Positions 53,605 through 64,000 of a stretch of DNA of 64,000 nucleotides are shown here, in pieces. The translations under genes were made by a program, and so were the position numbers. Within the stretch, counting starts at the first letter, position 1, and each line of letters begins with the position of its first letter. Source of the stretch: Eledone cirrhosa (Eukaryota). The notes beneath the pieces were generated by a model. That model was given only the letters and a program-made list of their open reading frames with translations, was not told where the DNA came from and ran no database searches. The stretch spans positions 283,402,001 to 283,466,000 of the forward strand of contig OZ024743.1 of the NCBI GenBank assembly GCA_964016885.1, given 5' to 3'.

Positions 53605-56600
53605 CTACAGGCTGATATAGAGAGAAGGCCCATTCACTCGGGCCATTCTCGCCACTTTCACCCACCTTTCATAAAACTTGCTGGGGTACAACACCTCTCT
53701 CTCCATCCTGATTCTTCTTCCAAAGTGGTATTTGAAAAAAAGAATCAGTTGTTGGCCGGAGAGAAAGGTGTCTGACCTCAGCCCTTTCAACCTTGTCCAC
53801 CATACAACCTCTTTCGCCATAGCTATCACACAAAGGAAAACCGCCTCCCCTTCGTTTTTGAAGGAGGGTGGCAGTTTGATCATGACAATGGACTCGGTGG
53901 TCAACTGGATTGGTCCCACCCGCGACAATAGTCGTTCTACATAGCCCCACAGGTCAGTGACGCCCAGGCAGTGTATGAATGCGTGCGCGACGGTTTCTTC
54001 GTCTCGCACGCACCTCGGACAGATCTTTTTTGCAGGGTCCCTGCCCGGGCGCCCATGTCTGTAGAGCTTGTCTCGAACTGGTAGAGCTCCTCGGTAGCAC
54101 TGCCAGGCCAGGGACTTTTGGAAGTTGTCAATCGGTCCCGGGCGGAAGGTCCTACCGAACAGACTGGCCAGTTCATCTTCCTCTACGCCTAGAGTTTCAC
54201 CAAGTGTGTCGTCGCACTTGCTGCAGATCAACCCTCTATAGAATGATGAAGTGGAGTCTCCACTGATCGCCGGGTCTGCCTGCCAGAGGGCTGTGAGCGC
54301 CTGAGCACATTCGATGTGGCAGTCGCCCATTTTCCTCGGTCTTTGCTTGACCCAGGACTGCAGCTCGGTCAGCGAGACGAGTCGTGGGAAGGCTCGCCTC
54401 ACGAACGGGGCCCACACCGGTTGTCCGGTGAGGAATACGTAGAGATGCCGCAGCCTGAGCGCGTGTTTGTGCATCGTCAACCACGGCATCCCCAGCCCTC
54501 CGTTAGAAGGGTGTTGGCAGCAGATGGATCTTCTCACCAAAGAAGCCCGCCTCTTCCAAAGGAATCGGAAGAGCGCGCGTTCCATTTTGGCGAGCGTTTT
54601 GGCTGGACAAGGCACGACGGTCAAGCGGTAGTAGATGGCGGACGCTATAAAAGTGTTCGCCACCTCCGCTCGACCTTTCAAGGATAGTTTGCACTCGGCC
54701 CACTTCTGGGTGAGTGCAAACACCTTGGCCGTCACTTCGTTCCAGTTCTTCTCCACCTGGAGGTCCAGACCAAACCAGACCCCGAGCAGCTTTACCGGTC
54801 CTTCCGTCCAATGTCCGACGACGCCATCGGAAGGCATCAGTTTGCCTCTCCACGATCCAAGTTGCAAACCGATGGACTTGTCCCGGTTCAGCTTCACTCC
54901 TGTGAAACTTTCGTATTCCTTCAGTAAGGTGGCGACTTCCTCGATTTGCGAGGTGCTCGACACCATCACTGTCACGTCGTCGGCGTAGGCCGACGCCGCT
55001 TTCCGCAGTCCCGGTTCCAGAGGGATGCCCTGCAATAGCTCCAACTTCCGCAGTAGTGGCTCGAGAGTCAGTACGTACAGAAGGGAGGAGAGAGGGCATC
55101 CCTGTCGAATGGATCGCGTAATATGGAACGGCTCCGAGAGGTAGCCGTTCACCTTGACCCTTGAGCAGATGTTGCTGTTGTGCATTGTAGCAATCCAGCC
55201 CCTGAACACGGGTCCGAAGCCTGCCGCCTCGAGCACCGCATCCAGGTAACGATGGTCAACCCTATCGAAAGCCTTAGACTGATCCAAGTTGATCAGGGCC
55301 CCACCGAAGCCGGGTTTACACCCTACCCTCTCTATGATGTATCGCATGAGGTGGAGGTTGTCGTGTATGGACCTGGTCGGGATTGCACACGTCTGCGCTT
55401 CTCCCACCAGGTTCTCGACGACAAGCGCCAGCCTCTTTGCCAACACCTTGGCCAAAATCTGTAACTCTGTGTTTAGCAGAGTTATGGGTCGGAAGTTGCC
55501 TATGTCATCCCCCTTATTCTCGTCCTTCCTGATTAGTGTGACCACGCCCCGGTTACAGAACTGGGAATTCTCCCGTTCTGTTGCCAGTTGCAGTAGACCG
55601 CTTCCAGGAGACCGGAGAATAAGTCCAGCATTGCTACGTAAAATTCGTAGGGTAGACCGTCGAGACCTGGAGATTTGCGTTTGCCGCATTGGCTCAGCGC
55701 GTCCCCTATCTCAGTGGCTGAAATCGGCTTTTCGCAGAACTTTGCCTCGCTGTCCGAGAGTCGCGGTAGGCCATCGAGGTATGGACCGAAATCCATAGCC
55801 TCTCCCGCCCCCCCCCCCCCTCCCCCGAACAGCTGAGGAAAGTGCCGCTGAAAAGCCGCACACATCTGCTTCGGCTCACGTATCACGCGTCCATTTTGGT
55901 CCTTCAAAGACCGAATCGTGGACTTGTTGCCACTTTTTGCCTCCGTCACTCGGGCCCAGCTAACAGCTTTGGCTCCCTCGTTTCCCAGAGCACGTATTTT
56001 GCTTCTGACAACGCAGCCCTCATGCTTTGCGTCGAAGAACTGGTCCAAGGCCATTCTCATTGCTAGCATGCTGGCTACGTTGCCACTTCTAATTGCCTCT
56101 TCTACTTTATCTACCAGTTCCTTCTCGGTTCTATTTCTATCTAACGCTAATTCTTTACTAAAAACTATCGAGTCTAATCTAACTGCCCTCTTGAGAGAGT
56201 ACCACCATCTGTTGTTGACAATGGCCCCTGCCAAGTGCTGTTTAACTAAAGTGCTAATCCGTCTACTGTAGGCTTTGCTTGTCGGTAACGACAAGTTCAG
56301 CTTCCAGTAGCCGGGTCCTTGTCTATGGGTTCTATCAAGGTTGGCCATGCAGGTCACTAGTTTGTGATCTGAATAGGCAACCATGAACATTTGTGGACAG
56401 CTTAACATGTCCCTATCCTTATTTCTAACTAGAACCCTATCTAGGTACGATCTAGATGTTCCGCTACGATTACTCCACGTCCACAGTGGCGCAGTCGGAA
56501 AATCTAGTCGATATCTATCGGCCAAGTCAAATCGGTCAATTAACTGTTTGAGGCTGTTACACCCCCTTTATCGGGACATGCTCCTACATAGTCCCAACGT

Positions 56601-57042
56601 GCATCTAGGATTCTATTCCAGTCCCCCACTAAAAGCAAGGAGCGGAACGTTCCCAGAAAAGTCTCTAGACGTTTGAAGAAGTCTGGCCGCGGTGTCCCGG
56701 ATGGGGCATATGCGGCCACCAGCCTGAAGGCTCCACCTTCACTACCGTCAACGACTAGGACCACCAGTCGACCCTCCGGGTCCAGATGTACCGTCCGTCT
56801 TACGAGGCCCAGGTGTTTCCGCAGCAAAACGGCAACTCCGCCCCCACCCCCGGTTGACAGAGAGATGCGTAGATCTCAAAGTCATCGAAGATGGGGGCCA
56901 GCTGTCGCTCGCTGTGGATCCTGGACTCGCAAATGGCTACCACATCCATACTGTGCGACCTGAGGTCGTTTAAGAGTTTGCCCTGTTTCCAGGGCATCCC
57001 CAGGCCGCGTACGTTCACACATCCAACTCTTATATTGGCCAT
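53605..57042 (-). pseudogene. Tx1 ORF2: APE endonuclease, RT, C-terminal zinc knuckle; ~3 frameshifts
   Basis: VNVRGL, GRLV, YAP, GDWN, TWSN, SYLDR, SDH, GYWKLN, KSPGLDGLPYEFY, FRPITLLN, LDQSKAFDRV, RQGCPLS, YADD, CPRC..ETVAHAFIHC. Confidence 0.92.
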
Positions 57043-58970
57043 GTTGGTGCTGAAAAGTTAAAAGAGGAAAACAGATCACTCACCCTTCGTCTCCTGGGGA
57101 CCAGGCCGCACGATTTCCATAGGGGTGTTGGAGGGGTTGTCTGGATGGGTGGTGGTTTCCGGCGGGGTGGGGACGGAGATGTTTGGTGGGGTGGGGTCTG
57201 GTGGGATGGGGGTGTCTGGGTGGGGAGACATTTGAGAAGGACGCGGTTGAGTGGTTTCACGCAGGAATTCCCCACATCCTTCTCAAATGTTTCTTTTAGG
57301 GACCTATAAGTTTGTATAGGGACCCTAATCAGTTTTAGGTTCAGTTTTTTGCTATTTTTAATAGAGTGGGCGAAAGTTTTCCCTTCGGTTTTCACCGAAG
57401 GGTCGTTCGTGATGGTCTCCATTAGTGTTTTGTTTTCAGTGTTTATGTAAGTGTAAGTGTAATTTTCTTGTGTTGTGTTTGTTTTTGTCTGTAGTTCTTG
57501 TGTGTGCTTTCGTTTTGTTGTAGGTATTTTGTTTTCAGGAGGTGGGGGTTTTGTTTGTGATGTTTTTGTTGTTTGTGTTGGTGGTTGTATGTTTGTGGTA
57601 GTGTTTGCTGGTTTTTTGCTTTTGTGATGTCTTTTCTTTCTTTTCGAGCGATGGGGTTCTCCCTCGTCTTCACTGGGTGATGGCGAGATAGCCTCATCTG
57701 TTGTATCGTCTGTGTGATTGGGGAGGGGTATGTCTTGGGGAGCTGTTGTGTCTGTATGTGATTTTGCAGTGGTTTTAGGTGGAGTGGGGTTGGGTGGGAC
57801 TGTGTTTGTTGTGGTTATTTTTGTGTGTTGTTGTTGTAGTGGTGTTGGTGGTTGTGTTGTTTTGATGGGTGTCGGCAGAAGAGCCTTTTTTTGGTTTATT
57901 AATTTAGGACAGGAAGCCCTCAGGTGACCCCTGCTAAAGCAATGGTAACATGAAGGCCGCCTACCCTCAACCGAAAAGTTTATGTAGGTGAGTCCGTCCA
58001 GGAGTACACGCTGTGGGATCATAGCTATTCGCTCTGGGCTCATTTGCACCAGAACTTCAATGCTAGTCCCATTGAATACATCTCTGGGGGACTTTCCTAC
58101 TGACAGTATTCTGTCTTCATCAAAATTGATGAAGCTGCACAGTATCCACCATATGTTCACCTTTGGTGTGACACTCGTGATCTTTTGTGTCCTTTTTCCC
58201 ATGTATGTAGGGAAAAAAGGTGTACAGGTTGGATACAATTGGCGACACAGAGTAATTTTGGGCCGTCAATTGATCCTTCATGAGTACCGAAATACTCCCA
58301 AAAAGTTTGCTTCTTTGAATGAATGCAATATCATTCATTGAATTTTTGAAAACCAGTTCAATTTCTTTCTGTGACAATTGGACTGGTTTTCGGGTAGAAT
58401 TGGAAACTGTCCTAAAAACTATCGTTTTGAAAGCAGTTTCCTTGCGAATTTCTACCGAAGAATTGATGCTGAAAGCACCATTTTTTCGAAAGTGACATAT
58501 CTCTTAGCGTCCTTTAAAAGTTGTTCAGCATTTGTTATGTCGAGATATATCAATTCTTCCTTCTTTTGAACTTTCTCTGCAAAGGAGATTTTTGGTTTCT
58601 TTGTGGAATCCGTATTGGTGGTGTTGTCATTATTGTTGTTATTGTTGTTGTTATTCTTGTTGTCACCGATGTTGATAGTATTCGTCTTTTCCTTGGTGTT
58701 GTTGTTGTCTTTGATGCTGGTGTTATTGGTGTTGTCTTTATTTTTTTCTTTGTTGTTGTTATCATTGTTGCTTTTATCATCATTATTGGTGTTGCTGTTA
58801 TTTTTGTTGTCATTGAACTGTTTGGTGTCATTTGTGTTGTTTGGATATGAATTCGTTTTTACATTTTCATTTTGTCTTTCCATCTCTATAGTATCTAGTG
58901 AAGAAGACGTTGTTGACTGCGAGCTTTGTAGTCTTACCCCACCACCATTATCGTTGGACGCAGCGTTCAT
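57030..58970 (-). pseudogene. Tx1 ORF1 (gag-like, CCHC knuckle, Asn-rich N-terminus, Pro/Thr-rich C-terminus), frameshifted
   Basis: Segments 58452-58970, 58120-58377 and 57030-58238. Motifs ISFAEKV and VEGRRPSCYHCFSRGHLRASCP. The stop overlaps the ORF2 ATG. Confidence 0.8.
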
Positions 58971-59203
58971 AACGTAATCAAAATTTTACAATATTTTTTC
59001 CAAGATTCGATGCAGAAAAAATTTTTCAAATGAATATTCCGCCCCTGTAGGGGCGAAAATGAGTTGACCCACCACCTGAAGGTTCAGACGGGGGGGGGGG
59101 GGGGTAAGTTACACAATGATATAAAATTTAACTAAAAACTCACGTTTTTTTCTTACATAAATTAACGGAAACTTCTCCGCGAAGTTACACACGTCTGATA
59201 GAG

Positions 59204-59257
<54 letters not shown>

Positions 59258-59269
59258 GATAGATAAATA

Positions 59270-60142
59270 ATCAGATGCACAAAGATCATCAAGGCTACAA
59301 CAACAAAAAATAAGAAGTGCACAGAATAGATCAAAGAATAGATCAGGATGAATCAAAGGAACAAATATCTGAAGATAGGACAATGGAAGCAATTATTCAT
59401 GAAAAGTTATCAGATGTACGAAAATCATTAAGACAGCAAATGGAGAGAAATAGAGCAACTTAAAGGCGGCATGAAGAAACTGAACAACTCAAAGTGAACA
59501 GAGAGCAAGAATAGAAGATTTCCAATCTAAAAGGTTGACAAATGGAACTTTTCTGCTTTTAATTACAATCCACATCAAGACTACGCCTCAGAACCTTTAA
59601 TTTGAATTTCCTCAATAAACAAAATTTGTCCAAATTGTGGTGTTAAAAAAAAGAATGGTGAGTCAACTGGATTATGCTGTTTAAATAGAAAGATGAAGTT
59701 TAGACTATTACCTGAATCACCAGAACCCTTGAGGGGATTGCTGATTGGTACAACTACTGAATCAAGACACTTTCTTCAAAATATTCAGGAGTACAATAAT
59801 GTATTCTAAATGATATCATTTGGTGCAGATGTCACCCATTAAGGTGGCTTTATACCCATTTTCAAGATCCAAGGGCAAGTGTACCACAGAACTGAACCAC
59901 TTCAGCCACTTTCAAAAGAAGAACAAAATATTTATAACTCTATTTCATCAGTGATATGAAAGCCCAAGCACAGACATGGTATAAAAGGAGTTAAAGAAAC
60001 TAAGTATGAAATCATATTGTAACTAAAAGATGTTACATAAAAGAAACAGCTATATTAGAAGTTCCAAATATACCCTAGAAAAGGTTTTGAATGAAATTTC
60101 ATTATTTTCTTTAACCCAGGCAACACCAGGCACTTCTACTAA
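59270..60142 (+). mobile_element. Internally deleted Helitron with a Rep/Helicase N-terminal relic
   Basis: CPNC..GES.GLCC, PEPLRGLL, HFLQNIQEYNNVF*MISFG, GFIPIFKIQGQVYHR. The 3' end ccagg-caaca-ccagg..CTAA resembles a decayed hairpin + CTAG like the one at 28333. Confidence 0.8.
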
Positions 60143-60402
60143 TATATATCATCATCATCATTGTTTAACGTCCATCTTCCACGCTAGCATGGGTTAGACA
60201 GTTTTGTTCCATATATATATATATAAACACGCACAGACACTGTAAATATGGTTGGCATTAGGAAGGGCATCTAGCTGTAGAAACCAACCCCAAATCAGTT
60301 CTGTATGAGCAAAACATGGTCATCAGACCTGGCTTGTCTCACAAGATAACACTTCAAACCCATGCTAGCATGGAAAAATGGACGTTAAATGGTGATGATG
60401 AT

Positions 60403-60472
<70 letters not shown>

Positions 60473-61578
60473 CACATAAGGATAGGCTGAAAAGTTAATA
60501 GACTGATTCTGAAGAAATGATGCTAGAGCTGTAAATCTCGCATGCATTAATTTCAGTGGGAACACCTATTCCTGAATCTAAGAAACTGACATGCCAAGTT
60601 TGAACAAGATTAGTCCACTGGTTTTTAAGTGCATTAGAGACAAACAGACAAACAAACAAGCTATTTTATATAATATAGAATATAATACATATTTCCCCCA
60701 ACTTGCTCATTATGTCTCCAAGAACCATGTAACCATGCCTGAAACCCACAAACCATGCAACTGTAAATATTATCAGTATACATCATCTTAGGAAGAATAT
60801 CAAAATACTCTATTAGCTCTTTCATTACCATATTTCTAATAAAAGACACTGTCTATAATTTTCAAACAATTTTCAAAATAATCAAGAATTAAAAAAGAAT
60901 TTACTAATATAATAAAATTTCTCATTATTAAGCTGAACAAAAGTTTTTACATGAAATTATGATGGAAGGTTTTCAAATAAATATAAGTACTTTAAAATAA
61001 ACAGCTTTGTATTGTAGAAGCAGGGTGGCTTCAGGTGGTTTGATATCAAAATGTTTAATCTATAATTCGAATTCAAAAACAAAACTAAAAATAGTATGCA
61101 TGAAACATTAAACTAATGAGAAATTTTAAAGTTTTGATTTAAATACATTACTCTTGACATATTTCTTATAGGTTGTTAAATATAGTTTTACATTATCTTC
61201 AAGAGATGAAATAAGCATTATTAGAGAAATTTTCACTCCATGCTCTCAGACAAATTCTGCATATACTTTACAAAGATGGAAATGGGAAAAATAATGTTCA
61301 AAACCAACTTAATGAAACCTCTCAGAGATATGCCTACCTCTAATGTACTGTTAATTTTACATATGAAATTAATGAAAAAAAAAATAACAAAACAAAAACA
61401 CGGTATTGCTGTTATTGATTCCTACTTTAAGAATTCCAATAGATCCTATTGTATTCTATTTCTGATGGAACCTGGTAATATTTGATAGGAGATTGAAAGT
61501 AGTATGAGACGAGCAGAAATAGCAAGCACCACAACCCCACATACACCTACACATGTAGACATGTATTTGTATACATAT

Positions 61579-61650
<72 letters not shown>

Positions 61651-61716
61651 GTGTGTATAAACATATATATGATCATCATCATCATCATTTTGCATCCGCT
61701 TTTCCCTGCTTGCAAG

Positions 61717-61777
<61 letters not shown>

Positions 61778-61950
61778 ACATATATATATACATACTAATA
61801 AACATACATACATATAAAAATATATATATATACATACATATATTCTGACACACACCTAATATTGTGTAGATTTATATGGGCCTCTGTGAGTATACACATA
61901 TATACCTAAAATATATATTTTTACTGCATCTTTCATTAATCATACATTCA

Positions 61951-62026
<76 letters not shown>

Positions 62027-62289
62027 TATACACACATATTGGTGTTATTGCATTGTTTTTTTTTGTTTTTTTTGCAGTCATTTTATATTCTAATCCTGTT
62101 TATAACTTTAATGATTGTGAAATGTAGGCCAGTTTATAGGCTTAGGCTTTCTGAAAACTTTTCAGTTGTGTTCTGATGATTCTGTCTGATCAACCATTTT
62201 ACTGTATCACTTAAAAGATGTGCTGCACAAAATAGTAGTTAATGTAAAAGCCTCTTCCATTTGCTTGAAATCATTTTGACAATCTATGC

Positions 62290-62326
<37 letters not shown>

Positions 62327-62452
62327 ACTGTTGTTGTTTTAATTTTTCTGATATACATATATATATATATGTATATAATTTATTAAAATAGATAAGGGTT
62401 TGCGTATATATGTGTGCGTATATATGTATACGTATATATGTGCATATATATG

Positions 62453-62727
62453 TGGTGATGCTGGTGCTGGTGCTGGTGGCGGTGGTGGTGGTGGCGGTGG
62501 TGGTGGTGGTAGTGGTGCTGGTGGTGCTGGTGGTGCTGGTGGTGCTGGTGGTGCTGGTGGCGGTGGTGATGCTGGTGCTGGTGCTGGTGGTGGTGGTGGT
62601 GGTGGCGGTGGTGGTGGTGGTGCTGGTGGTGCTGGTGGTGCTGGTGGTGCTGGTGGTGGTGGTGGCGGTGCTGGTGCTGGTGGTGCTGGCGGTGGTGGTG
62701 GTGGTGATGGTGGCTCTGGTGGTAGTG

Positions 62728-62764
<37 letters not shown>

Positions 62765-62776
62765 CAGCAGCAGCAG
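62453..62776. repeat. (GGT/GCT/AGT)n trinucleotide array with internal duplication
   Basis: Directly visible. It explains the Pro/Gly/His/Thr-rich ORFs. Confidence 0.9.
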
Positions 62777-62898
62777 CATACATACACACTAATACACACA
62801 TACAGACACCTGGGTTTGTTTGTATTTTTGTATTTCTATATCTAATCTATCTATCTCCATTTCTTCCTGTCTCTTACTCTCTTACATGCTTCTCTCTT

Positions 62899-62987
<89 letters not shown>

Positions 62988-64000
62988 TAGAAAGAGAGAA
63001 AGGGAGCAAAAGAATGGCAAACAGATTTCCAGAAAGACCAATAGACAGACAAACAGATATGTATTATACCTGTGAATAAACTTAATGAGGAAGCTGCTTC
63101 TGTATAATTCACTGAAGCCATTAATCCAGTAAACAAATCTTCTCTTCAAATAAGACATGCAGGAGATATATAACATAGTCAATGGATACTATCTGCTCCT
63201 ATCCACATAACCATGGTAACTGTATGTATATATATTCAACCAACTAGAAATGCATATACACTTCAGCAATTTTCCAGAACAAAGTTACTACATAAAAAAA
63301 AACAACGAAAAGTAATCACAATTTTTCTCCATTTGATCCATACTAAATCAAAACGCACTTACCAAAATAACTACAACATCAAGAATATAGATACGGAGAT
63401 AACAAAGAAAAGCAGAAAATTGGCAAACATTTGTATCAAATATTAATCACAGCTCAAGAGGTAAAAATGCTATGTAAAATAATTAGGCAGAGTTATTTGA
63501 GCATGGTTCAAAATATCTGTTGGCATTTGTTCCAGCTCTCTGAGCACTGTGTTCAATCCTGACGATATCAACTTCGCCTTTCATCCTTTTAGAGTTGATA
63601 AAATATAATACCAGTTCAGGGCAGTGGAAATGTGAGAGTATTAAATGTGATGTGGTGTTCATATAGGCTCATCATTTAGCATTTTCAGTTCAAATGCTGC
63701 TAAGGCCTACATGGGTGATAAACATAATTTATTGGCCAGATTAATGCTCATATCTGGCCCTTGAGTGCTTTTAGCAATCTCAATTTTGTTGCAAGTGTTT
63801 GGACCAGGTTCTGATTAGAGGATGCCTCCTTCCTTCCTAGTCTTGGAGGGTCTGAAAAGAATCATAGGCATTGCTCTCTTCTCCTGGGCTAAACAGAAAA
63901 AAATAGCTGTATCAATAACTCTACATCACAGTACAGTCACACTACATCAAACTAACAGCTACAAACGAACTCATCTTTTTAAAACACTTTTCCAAATTCA

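Larger units (their letters stand above)
53362..59198 (-). mobile_element. Full-length Tx1 (L1-clade) non-LTR retrotransposon in a (TATC)/(TC) microsatellite
   Basis: 5' UTR, ORF1, overlapping ORF2 and 3' UTR with AATAAA. (GATA)n lies on the left and (GA)n on the right. Confidence 0.9.

Noticed and set aside
62325-63182. Pro/Gly/His/Thr/Val-rich ORFs resembling formin or collagen
   Set aside because: They are open in nearly all frames because of the trinucleotide and dinucleotide repeats. No flanking domain or splice support.

Overview
AT-rich, microsatellite-dense animal genomic DNA, most likely intergenic or intronic. The SINE, RTE and microsatellite landscape suggests a coleoid cephalopod such as Octopus (inference, not verified). 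No host gene is confidently supported. The window is a nested collection of transposable elements: a near full-length CR1 LINE (~9985-14350, -); a 2.18-kb non-autonomous Gypsy-type LTR element with a perfect tRNA-Trp primer site (14357-16533); three RTE copies whose 3' UTR is shared with a tRNA-head SINE; a full-length Tx1/L1-clade LINE (53362-59198, -) plus truncated relatives; R4/Dong-like RLE LINEs sitting in microsatellites; Tc1/IS630 and Helitron relics; piggyBac- and mariner-type MITEs; and a 59/50-bp satellite that switches orientation twice. The most notable signal is a set of type I hammerhead ribozyme folds from several unrelated sequences. One has a U3-A8 covariant core inside a perfect 303-bp palindrome (2487-2789). 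One has a canonical core with a 77-nt insert in stem II (17361-17483). Two more lie in other inverted repeats. This fits Penelope-like element or retrozyme remnants. All alignments and folds were done by eye, so repeat boundaries are approximate.
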